Of a stretch of 64,000 nt of DNA, positions 55,999 to 64,000 are shown in pieces. This DNA is from an uncultured delta proteobacterium (GTDB lineage: Bacteria > Desulfobacterota > Binatia > UBA9968): NCBI GenBank assembly GCA_963745035.1, contig CAVUVW010000013.1, positions 608,001 through 672,000 on the forward strand. The letters are read 5' to 3'. Under the pieces are notes generated by a model. That model did not search any database. It was not told the origin of the DNA and was given only the letters and a program-made list of their open reading frames with translations. How positions within the stretch are numbered: position 1 is the first letter of the stretch; each line of letters begins with the position of its first letter. Position numbers and translations under genes: made by a program.

Positions 55999-58833
55999 TT
56001 ATAGCAAGGGAGAGCTTCCGAGTTTGCGCTCCTGAAAAAGCTTCTTTAGCTCGGGATTGACAATCTGCGACTCGAGGGATCTCAAAAGATCGCCGACACG
56101 GCTCTTGGGAAACGCGTCTACATTCGCGCCCAGCCGAGCGACTTGCTCGCGCAGGACGAGCGGAGCCACCGGCCCCAAGGCCTCGGTAAGCGACTGCGAC
56201 AGCCGCTCCATGAATTCTTGAGATGCAACCGCGGCCGTTTCATCTGCCGGCGACTTGCCGCCGCGCCCGGTAAACACTTCAAATCCGCTGGAGCCGTTCC
56301 GTTTATCATGGCCGTTCGTGCCGGCGGGAGTGCTGTCCTGTTCGCTCTTGCCGTTCTTTGCGGCTTTGGTCTCATCGGACGGTCTGGGCGAGACTTCAAC
56401 CGCTGCATCGAACCCGTCGCCTTCTTCGTCGGCCGGTTTTCCGTTTCGCTGGCGCGCGAAGTTATCCGCCGTCGCCGAATCGGTGCTGAAATAGGACGAA
56501 TACGACTGGAAGTACGAGTAGCTCGGATTATCGAGGCTGACACTGTTCAGAACGACGCCGAGCAGCCGCGCGCGCACCATATCGAGTTGCTCGACGGCTT
56601 TCTTCGCGAACGTTTCGCTGGTTGACTGACCGTTGAGGACAAGCAGGACCCCATCGCTCATGGACGACAACACTGAGGCGTCGCTGATGGTGATCGCGGG
56701 CGGAGAGTCGATCAAGACAAAATCGTAGGTTGCGCGCAGCGCTTCCAGCGTCTGCTTCATTTTTCGCGAGCCCAGAAGCTCGCTGGGGTTGGGCGGCACG
56801 CGCCCGCGCGAGAGAAGAGAGAGCCTCGCGACCGAGGTTCGCTGTACGCACTCCTCTATAGGCGCGCCGCCGCTCAACACCTCGGAAAGCCCCTTGCCGT
56901 TGCGTAGGGCGAGGCGGGTATGGCAACACCCCTTGCGCATGTCGCCGTCGATCAGCAAAACGGAATACTCGTCTTGCGCCAAGGCAATGGAGAGATTCAG
57001 GCTGGTAACCGTCTTTCCTTCGCCGGGCGAGGGGCTGGTCACCAGGATGATCTGCGGCGGCTTCTCCGCCTGGGACAGCAACAACGCCGTCCGGATGCTG
57101 CGATACGACTCGCTGATCACCGAAAGCGGGCTATAAGCGACGGTTAACTCCTTGGCCGGCTCGCGCCCATGTTGCTGAGGCGCGTCGTGGCCGGGGCGAG
57201 CCAGAGCGGTTGTTTGCCGGTCGATAAACTTCCGTTGGCTCAAAAGCTTGAGATCGGGAACGATGCCGAGGGTTCCGAGTCTGACGCAGCGCCACACATC
57301 TTCCGGCGTGCTGAGCGTCGAGCTCATGTATTCCTGGGCGAAGGCGGTCCCGCAGCCGGCAAACAGCCCGAGCATGATGATCGCGAGCAAGTACAGCGGG
57401 ATGTTCGGCGAAGATGGCTGCAAGGGCCGCACCGCGCGTTCGGCGATTTGCATATTCGAAACCGCGATGTCGTTGGACACGTTGGTCTCGCTCAACCGCT
57501 TGAGCACGTTCTGGTATAGGGTGCGATTGGCGTTCACCTCTTCCTGCAAGACTGTGTAATTCACGCCCAAGGCTTTCAATTTGAGAGCGTCGCGCTGCTG
57601 ATTGTCGGCCTCGACTTGCAGCGCCCGCTCTTTGGCGAGAGCCGCGGCGTAACCCGACTTTACGCCCCGGACCACGTTGGCGATTTCGCTGCTCAGTGCT
57701 TGCCGGGCGGCGTTGATCTGCTGTCCCAGCTCCTGAATGCGCGGGTGGTCGGGTTTAAAGATCGTCGAAAGCCGGCTCCGCTCCGCTTCCAGAGTAGCCA
57801 TATTGCTCTTCAGTTGCTGAACGATGCCTTGTCTCATTATCTCGGAGAGGTCCTGATAATTCCTGTTCTCCACGGTCTTATACAGAGACTCCGCCTCGAG
57901 GCGCTGTGCCCGCGCCGCGGTCAGTTGCCGATTGACGTCAACCATCCGATCGACGACGATGTTTTCGCCTTTCTCCACCGATACGACGCCGTGCGTTTGG
58001 CGAAAATTGTTCAATTCGGCTTCGGACTTTTCCAGCTTCTCTCTCAGCTCGACCTTTTTCTGGTCGAGAAACGCGCGCGCCTCCTTGGTCAGGCTGAAGC
58101 GGTTCTGCAAGTTCATCCACATGAAGCTTTGCACGTGAGCGTTGGCAAGAACCTGCGACAGAGTCGGATCCGGAGTGGTAAACTCCACCTTCACCAAGCG
58201 CGTTTTGGGCACCGGATTGACGAAAAGCAACTGGTTGTAGCGGTTGATGAGATGCGGCGACACGGCGATCTCGACTTCGCCCGTCTCGGCCTTGGCCATC
58301 GCTTTGACCGCCTCGGAATTCTCCGTTTCAGGCTGCGACCTGAAGAGCGGCGCGACATAGGAGAATAAACCCAACAGGCGAAAGACCCACGACCTTATGT
58401 GATCCAGCGGGTTGGGGCTGACAATGCGGGATTTGGTGAAGATCGTGTTCGATTTGAGATCGAGATCAGTGATTACCTTGGCCACCAGCGGACGGCTTTT
58501 CAAGAGCGCGAACTGGGTTTGATAGTAATCATACTGCGCGCCGCCGCCTTCAGTGGGCGATTGCATCTCGCCGACGCCCGTGACCTGTGGATTCTGCGGC
58601 TCGATTTTGACTGTGGCGGCCGCCGTGTAGAGCGTGGTTGCGGCAAAAACAAAGTATGACCCGATCGCGAAAACGGTCAAAAAAACGATGAGAACAATGC
58701 GCCGGCGCTTGACCAGCATGTTCCAATAATCGAGCAGATGCACTTCGTCCGACTGAGAATCACGAGCATACTCGGGCTCGAGCTCATCGCTCTCGGCCAA
58801 ACGGCGAATGCGCCAAGGAGATAGTTCCTTCAT
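55999..58833 (-). CDS. wzc: Polysaccharide co-polymerase / BY tyrosine autokinase with an extra C-terminal domain
   Basis: Two TM helices flanking a coiled coil; SESYRSIRT, Walker A PGEGKT, IDGDMR, VLIDSPP and Tyr cluster YSYFQSYSSY. Confidence 0.94.
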   Translation of the reverse strand: MKELSPWRIRRLAESDELEPEYARDSQSDEVHLLDYWNMLVKRRRIVLIVFLTVFAIGSYFVFAATTLYTAAATVKIEPQNPQVTGVGEMQSPTEGGGAQYDYYQTQFALLKSRPLVAKVITDLDLKSNTIFTKSRIVSPNPLDHIRSWVFRLLGLFSYVAPLFRSQPETENSEAVKAMAKAETGEVEIAVSPHLINRYNQLLFVNPVPKTRLVKVEFTTPDPTLSQVLANAHVQSFMWMNLQNRFSLTKEARAFLDQKKVELREKLEKSEAELNNFRQTHGVVSVEKGENIVVDRMVDVNRQLTAARAQRLEAESLYKTVENRNYQDLSEIMRQGIVQQLKSNMATLEAERSRLSTIFKPDHPRIQELGQQINAARQALSSEIANVVRGVKSGYAAALAKERALQVEADNQQRDALKLKALGVNYTVLQEEVNANRTLYQNVLKRLSETNVSNDIAVSNMQIAERAVRPLQPSSPNIPLYLLAIIMLGLFAGCGTAFAQEYMSSTLSTPEDVWRCVRLGTLGIVPDLKLLSQRKFIDRQTTALARPGHDAPQQHGREPAKELTVAYSPLSVISESYRSIRTALLLSQAEKPPQIILVTSPSPGEGKTVTSLNLSIALAQDEYSVLLIDGDMRKGCCHTRLALRNGKGLSEVLSGGAPIEECVQRTSVARLSLLSRGRVPPNPSELLGSRKMKQTLEALRATYDFVLIDSPPAITISDASVLSSMSDGVLLVLNGQSTSETFAKKAVEQLDMVRARLLGVVLNSVSLDNPSYSYFQSYSSYFSTDSATADNFARQRNGKPADEEGDGFDAAVEVSPRPSDETKAAKNGKSEQDSTPAGTNGHDKRNGSSGFEVFTGRGGKSPADETAAVASQEFMERLSQSLTEALGPVAPLVLREQVARLGANVDAFPKSRVGDLLRSLESQIVNPELKKLFQERKLGSSPLL

Positions 58834-58913
58834 TTAAACCTCAAGGGGCTAAGTATTTGTTCGGACTGATTGCTCGGTCGGCCGTTGCAACCCGGAGCTG
58901 CCGGCCGCTCGAA

Positions 58914-59969
58914 TCATCTGGCCATCTGACCAATGGACATCCCGCCCAGTAAAGTTCCCACGAATCGTTTGACGATATACTTGGCCGTGCTGGTCGGAAC
59001 GACGATGACGTCGTCGGCTTGTATCTGCGGATCGGGAGCGTTTCCTTCCATCACGCGGGCCAGGTCTAGAGAGATTGTCTGCATGTTGCCCGGACCCTTG
59101 CGGCGAAATATCGATATCTCGCTGGAATACAACTCATAGTTGACGCCTCCCGCGGTTGCCAACGCTTGGGTGAGGGAATATCGCCGGCCCAGAGCATAAG
59201 AACCCGGCTTATGGACCGCCCCATCGACAAAAAACATTCCGGCTTCCGGCACGTTGATCATGTCGCCCGGCTGAACGGGCATATTGATCATCCCGGCGTT
59301 GTCGGCGTTAATTAACCCGACGCTGTTGGCGAGGACCGCGAGGTCGATGACGTGGGTTTCCCGTCCGCTGGCTCCGATACGGTAGATGTGGACCTGAGTG
59401 CCGGCCTTTTCGGAAATGCCGCCAGCGACGGCTAAGCTTTCGATCACGGTTTTCGGCCCCGTGAGCTCATAAGTGCCGGGTTTTAGCACGGCGCCGATCA
59501 CCGACACCTTTTGGCGAAATTCTTTGATCAAAACGCCCACCTGAGGATGGTAGATGTATTTGTCGTATTGCTGCCGGAGTTTTTGCTCGAGATCAGAGAT
59601 CGTAAGTCCCTTGATCTCTATTTCGCCTACCACGGGCAGCGAAATCTGGCCCTGATGACTGACCCTTACCGTGACTGTCCTGGGCGTAACCTTTCCGTCC
59701 GCCTCCGGGATGTTAAACAGCGTGATCTCCAATAAATCCTCCGGACCGATCCGATAGTCCGGGGACGAGTTGGAAGCCTGGAGTACCGAGGCGGCCGCGA
59801 TCGTGCGATTGATATCAGCCACCGCGCTCGCGGAGCCTGAAGTCACGGTGAGCTCGTTCGAGCGCCTTTCTACCATCTCCGGACTCGGGCTCTGGACGGC
59901 CGGGCTGCACGCGCTGGCCAATAACGCGCCAGCGATCAAAGCAATTAGTACCTGTTTGCGGCGATTCAT
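58914..59969 (-). CDS. wza: Polysaccharide export outer-membrane lipoprotein (Poly_export + SLBB domains)
   Basis: Lipobox LASAC, DYRIGPEDLLEI, GQISLPVVGEI and two SLBB repeats (GAVLKPG, GAVHKPG). Start at MNRRKQ. Confidence 0.92.
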   Translation of the reverse strand: MNRRKQVLIALIAGALLASACSPAVQSPSPEMVERRSNELTVTSGSASAVADINRTIAAASVLQASNSSPDYRIGPEDLLEITLFNIPEADGKVTPRTVTVRVSHQGQISLPVVGEIEIKGLTISDLEQKLRQQYDKYIYHPQVGVLIKEFRQKVSVIGAVLKPGTYELTGPKTVIESLAVAGGISEKAGTQVHIYRIGASGRETHVIDLAVLANSVGLINADNAGMINMPVQPGDMINVPEAGMFFVDGAVHKPGSYALGRRYSLTQALATAGGVNYELYSSEISIFRRKGPGNMQTISLDLARVMEGNAPDPQIQADDVIVVPTSTAKYIVKRFVGTLLGGMSIGQMAR

Positions 59970-60278
59970 AAGAGACTCCTTACACCGGAGCTGTGACAAT
60001 AGTTGACTCTGGACCGCTCACGCCACCCCTGTGCGCGACCGGCGACTTCTACCAATCTCACTTTGCCTGCGCAACCAGGAAAAGGATTCCGTTTGGAGAT
60101 AGCTCCGCCCATGGGCATTGATCCCCTTTCTGACGCATTTGACATGCAGCACCAACTTCTAATGAGCCCCACCAGCAATCCGCTAAAGCTCTCTACGGAC
60201 ATGCTAAGGCTCGCCAACCAGCCACTTAACGGCTACTCCGCTGTTTCCGTGAAGTCAGGCGGACCGTCTGGAAGCTCA

Positions 60279-60308
60279 CCGGGAATCCCCGATTTGCTTA
60301 ATTCCCGG
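60279..60308 (-). other. Stem-loop just after the NusG-paralog stop codon
   Basis: CCGGGAAT-N14-ATTCCCGG inverted repeat with no U-tract. Confidence 0.4.
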
Positions 60309-60324
60309 CGCTAAAATCCAATCT

Positions 60325-60906
60325 TCACGCGTTCAGGCAAGACGCCACCCACCCGGCGTTGATGTAAGCGGCCGGCACTTCCACTGGCACGTGCCGGCTC
60401 AACATTGCCATCAGAACCTTAACGCGACTTTTGGTATCAGGAGGTTCTTGAATAATGCCAACAAGGCCCCGCAGGGGTCCTTTCGCGATTTGAACCTCGT
60501 CTCCAACCTTCAGATTAGACCGCGCGACGATAACGCCTCGGGAGTCGGCTTGGTCCTTCACGAAATCAATAACGCTGTCTTCAACGGCCGCTGCGGCGCC
60601 GCCGAAACTTACGAGCTTTCTTGTGCCGCGGCACCATACAACTTGCGAGTATTCCGAAGAGGACGCATCGATTCGAACAAACAGGTAGTTGGGAAACAAG
60701 GAAACGATCTGTTGGCCAGGCTTCCTTGCGCTGGGCAAAAATAACTTCGGATAGAAAACCTCTATACCTTTGGAAACAAGATGGAATCGAGCCGTTTCTT
60801 CATTCCGCGGCTTGGTCAAGACGACGTACCATTTCTTTCCGACGTGCTGCTTAGTTTGCTCCACTGGCGCCACACCTTCTAGGGTCTTAGTACTGAACAT
60901 TGTCAA
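60325..60906 (-). CDS. NusG paralog transcription antiterminator (RfaH/UpxY-like)
   Basis: WYVVLTKPRNE and LFPNYLFV (NGN domain); GDEVQIAKGPLRGLVG (KOW). First gene ahead of wza. Confidence 0.92.
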   Translation of the reverse strand: MTMFSTKTLEGVAPVEQTKQHVGKKWYVVLTKPRNEETARFHLVSKGIEVFYPKLFLPSARKPGQQIVSLFPNYLFVRIDASSSEYSQVVWCRGTRKLVSFGGAAAAVEDSVIDFVKDQADSRGVIVARSNLKVGDEVQIAKGPLRGLVGIIQEPPDTKSRVKVLMAMLSRHVPVEVPAAYINAGWVASCLNA

Positions 60907-60937
60907 AAGCCGAGCTAGTTAACTTCGTCCCGTTAAA

Positions 60938-60953
60938 AGCAAATGCCACACCA
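60938..60953 (-). promoter_or_regulatory. Putative sigma-54 promoter of the antiterminator-wza-wzc operon
   Basis: Minus strand TGGTGT-GGCAT-TTGCT: correct GG-N10-GC spacing but a degenerate -24 box. Confidence 0.5.
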
Positions 60954-61303
60954 TGAATAAAACCCTAGAAAGTAATGACTTATCACAGCAGGAATGGCGG
61001 GCTTAGACGCTTTTGACAACGGCGATGACACAGCGGTTACCCGATTGGGCACAAATCCGCCTCTACTTTCTTCAAAAGCCCCCAAGCCGCAACCTTGGCG
61101 GCAGGGCATTTGCGACCGAATGGTAGTTGCTACGTAGAGGATCGGGTAATGTGGGCCCCCACCGTAAGCACCCGTTAAGCTGGATGAAAAAGCTGCGCGT
61201 TCGATGCAAAAGTTCGACGGCTTGCGTGCCCGGTGGTGGCAGAGCTACAAGGAAATCGGTGGAGTTGCGAGCGGATAGGAAAGGCTCAGGGCATCACGCA
61301 GCG

Positions 61304-62056
61304 TTAGCCGCTTCGGAGATAGCGGTTCCAGATGCGAAATAAGTCCTGCATTGCTCGGATAAAATCACGGTAAGTCAGCTTGGACCCGGGCACGTCTCGC
61401 CACTCCCGCAAAGGGAATTCATAGATGATTTGCTCCGGCTGGAAAAGGCACGTGCCCCGCCTGGACTGGATGAGCCTTGCGAGTATTTCGACGTCGAATA
61501 TCCATTTCGACACGAACGGCTGATGAAAGAGCGCGCCGAGAGAGGATGTTCGAAAAAGCTTCGCGCCGCACTGAGTATCGTACACCGCCAAGCCCAGGAT
61601 CAGGGACGCTGCGGTGGCGAAAACGCGTCCAAGATAGTGCCGGCTTGGCCGTCGCTCGATCTTTCTCCCCAGCAGCTTGACTCGGGAACCCATGATGAGC
61701 TCGAGATCGCGCCGGCTCTCCGCCAGATCGATGAATTCGAGTATGGCTCCAAGGGGCGTCGCCAGATCGGCGTCCCAGAAGCCGACGTAGTCTGGGTTGG
61801 AGTGGACGGCGGCCAGAATTCCTCGTCGAACGGCTTCGCCCTTGCCGCAGTTTTTTTCCAGGTTCAATATGGAATACGTCGGCAGCTCGGATGATTGGAG
61901 AGAGCTGAGGAGTGTCAGGGTCGCATCGGTGCTGCCGTCGTTGACAAACAGGAAAGCGACCCTGTGGGACGAAGAGGCAAAGTTGTGAAACGCCAGGATG
62001 TCTAGCCTGTTCTCTTCGTTGTAACAGGGAACAACGATTGCCGCGCTCGCCATCAA
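61304..62056 (-). CDS. GT2 polyprenyl-phosphate glycosyltransferase (dolichyl-phosphate glucosyltransferase-like)
   Basis: VPCYNEE, NDGSTD, GKGEAVR, DADLATP, DTQCGAKLF and FDVEI motifs. Confidence 0.9.
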   Translation of the reverse strand: MMASAAIVVPCYNEENRLDILAFHNFASSSHRVAFLFVNDGSTDATLTLLSSLQSSELPTYSILNLEKNCGKGEAVRRGILAAVHSNPDYVGFWDADLATPLGAILEFIDLAESRRDLELIMGSRVKLLGRKIERRPSRHYLGRVFATAASLILGLAVYDTQCGAKLFRTSSLGALFHQPFVSKWIFDVEILARLIQSRRGTCLFQPEQIIYEFPLREWRDVPGSKLTYRDFIRAMQDLFRIWNRYLRSG

Positions 62057-62979
62057 GATCCGTGTTCAGTGCGGACGCCACATGAGCGATCGGCTGGGTT
62101 CTTCAAACGCGCGCTCCGATATCCTTTCTCAATCAAATACGCCTCCAAGGCATCGCGCCAGGAACGAAGCTTAACAAGACCCCGCTCGCTCCGGAGCACC
62201 GAATTCTGCGGTCGGCGCGCTCGCGTCGGATACTGATTTCCCGAAACGGGAACAATGGAGGCGGCGTCGGCGGCGAGCTCCAGCGCTTTGTGCGCAAACT
62301 CGTACCACGTGCAGGCGCCGTCATTGGTGACATGGACGATACCATCGGCCTCGGCGTCGATTAGAGCCGCCAAAGCCTGGGCGGCGTCACGGCTGTAGGT
62401 TGGAGACATGCGGATATCATTCACGACTCTTAGCGCTTGCCCGGCTTTTGCCTTGGCGAGAATGGTTTCGACGAAATTGCCGCTTTTTGCCCGCGCGCCG
62501 GTCCTGCCGAAAAGACTCGCCGACCTGATAATCAACCATCGTCGGGCGGCTTGACGGACCAGAAGCTCGCCGCTGAGCTTGGAAGCGCCGTACACGTTGA
62601 CCGGCAGAGCCGGATCAGATTCCGTGTAAGGCGACGGCTTGGATCCGTCAAACACGTAGTCGGTGCTGACATAAACGCACGCCGCATCGCGCTCGGCGCA
62701 CGCGCGCGCAACGTGGAGAGCGCCCAACGCATTGACTCCAAAGGCTTGCTCGGCCTGATCTTCGCAGTCGTCGACCCGCACGAATGCGGCGCAGTTTACG
62801 ACGATGTCCGGGCGCGTTTGGCTAAGCGCAGCCCGCACGGACTGGTAAATCGTGCAGTCGGTCTGAGCGCGCGTCAACCCGATGACCTCGAAATTGGCCG
62901 ATCCCTGGAGCGTTTCCACCAGATCGCTGCCGAGTTGCCCGGCGCTCCCCAGAACGGTTATGCGACGTTTACTTTTCAC
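62053..62979 (-). CDS. rmlD: dTDP-4-dehydrorhamnose reductase
   Basis: GSAGQLG, NCAAFVRVD, STDYVFDG, YGASK and SPTY motifs. True start taken as GTG 62979, overlapping the rmlB stop. Confidence 0.94.
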   Translation of the reverse strand: MKSKRRITVLGSAGQLGSDLVETLQGSANFEVIGLTRAQTDCTIYQSVRAALSQTRPDIVVNCAAFVRVDDCEDQAEQAFGVNALGALHVARACAERDAACVYVSTDYVFDGSKPSPYTESDPALPVNVYGASKLSGELLVRQAARRWLIIRSASLFGRTGARAKSGNFVETILAKAKAGQALRVVNDIRMSPTYSRDAAQALAALIDAEADGIVHVTNDGACTWYEFAHKALELAADAASIVPVSGNQYPTRARRPQNSVLRSERGLVKLRSWRDALEAYLIEKGYRSARLKNPADRSCGVRTEHGS

Positions 62980-64000
62980 GATCGTGACTCTGTACCTTGT
63001 CCGCTGCGCCCCAGACCCGATCATAAACGGCATTGTAATAAACCCGATACTCGCCGGAGGTAACGCGCCGAATCCACTCGCCGTGGTCAAGATACCACCT
63101 AATCGTGCTCTGCAGACCGGCTTCGAAAGGCGTGCTTGGATGCCAACCGACCGCCGCGCGAACTTTCTTCGACTCGATCGCATACCGGCGGTCGTGTCCC
63201 GGACGATCGGCGACGAAACGAACGCGGCCTTTGAGCTGACCGACGTCGGCGCCGGTCTCAGCGGCGATGGCGCTGCACACCGCTTCGACAACCTCGAGAT
63301 TGGTGCGTTCCTTGCCGGTGCCGATGTTGTAGATCCCGGGTGGGCATTCTTGGTTCAGCATAGCCAAAATCGCCCGGCAATTGTCTTCCACATACATCCA
63401 ATCGCGGATCTGCTCTCCATCTCCGTAGACCGGAAGGTCAAGACCTTGCAGGGCGTTGCGAATAAGCAACGGAATGAACTTCTCGGGAAACTGACATGGC
63501 CCGTAGTTGTTCGAGCTCCGGGTAATCATAATCGGCACGCCATAGGTGCGTTGATAAGAGCCGCATAGTAGGTCGGCTGCCGCTTTACTGGCGGCATAGG
63601 GGCTGCTGGGTAGCAGTGGCGCCTCTTCGGTCGAAGCTTCTTTTGCTTCCTTGTCCCCATAAACTTCGTCGGTCGAGACTTGCAGGAAACGACCGACGGG
63701 GAAGCTGCGCGCCGTTTCAAGCAGCGCGTGAACGCCGTCGATGTTTGTATGCAGAAAGGGCGACGCATCGAGGATGCTCCGGTCGACGTGGGATTCGGCG
63801 GCGAAATTGACCAAGCCCCACGGGCTCTCCTCTTGAAGGATCCGCGCCATCAATGCGCGATCGCAGATATCGCCACGCACGAAACGATAGCGTTCGCCCG
63901 GGATTTCGCTCACGTTGTCCGGATTTCCCGCATACGTGAGCTTATCGACGTTGACGATACGCCAATCGGTCTCGGCGCCGAGCAACCTGATAAAGTTGGC
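62969..64000 (-). CDS. rmlB: dTDP-glucose 4,6-dehydratase, 5' end outside window
   Basis: DKLTYAGN, FAAESHVDRSI, STDEVYG, PYAASK, NNYGP and DRPGHDRRYA motifs. Frame is open to the window edge. Confidence 0.96.
   Translation of the reverse strand, partial: ANFIRLLGAETDWRIVNVDKLTYAGNPDNVSEIPGERYRFVRGDICDRALMARILQEESPWGLVNFAAESHVDRSILDASPFLHTNIDGVHALLETARSFPVGRFLQVSTDEVYGDKEAKEASTEEAPLLPSSPYAASKAAADLLCGSYQRTYGVPIMITRSSNNYGPCQFPEKFIPLLIRNALQGLDLPVYGDGEQIRDWMYVEDNCRAILAMLNQECPPGIYNIGTGKERTNLEVVEAVCSAIAAETGADVGQLKGRVRFVADRPGHDRRYAIESKKVRAAVGWHPSTPFEAGLQSTIRWYLDHGEWIRRVTSGEYRVYYNAVYDRVWGAADKVQSHDREK

Noticed and set aside
62980-63291. N-terminal extension of RmlD in the ORF track
   Set aside because: It lies inside rmlB in another frame; RmlD similarity starts at GTG 62979.
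1-64000. tRNA, rRNA, CRISPR arrays, transposases, integrases or defence systems
   Set aside because: None was recognised by eye. Intergenic gaps are short and mostly explained by promoters and riboswitches. A tRNAscan/Infernal run would be needed to exclude small RNAs.

Overview
A GC-rich bacterial window, probably a deltaproteobacteria-like lineage such as Candidatus Binatia (inferred from gene style only). It is almost entirely one very large Wzx/Wzy-type exopolysaccharide/capsule locus on the minus strand (about 1.7-64 kb). The core genes are rmlB/rmlD, a NusG/RfaH paralog, wza, wzc, wecB, a Wzy-like polymerase, a priming sugar transferase, two flippases and about 13 glycosyltransferases. 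Tailoring genes include two methyltransferases, a deacetylase, an SGNH protein, a hexapeptide acyltransferase, AsnB, CapK- and CapA-like proteins, an AMP-ligase with an ACP, and a GT-C module. Four things stand out. (1) A two-module NRPS (C-A-T-C-A-T-TE; predicted basic amino acid + Gly) sits in a sigma-54 operon between an ABC exporter and a nucleotide-sugar epimerase, suggesting a peptide-decorated glycan or glyco-lipopeptide. (2) Two GEMM-I riboswitches each follow a sigma-54 promoter; one has G20 (c-di-GMP type) and one has A20 (3',3'-cGAMP type). (3) An inverted two-gene cassette encodes secreted proteins: one has an FN3 domain lacking its first strand, and the other ends in a bare FN3-first-strand-like peptide (possible donor-strand docking). 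(4) At least four genes are split by net +1 frameshifts, most likely sequencing errors. No rRNA, tRNA, CRISPR array or transposase was recognised. All calls come from reading motifs by eye; no database search was run.
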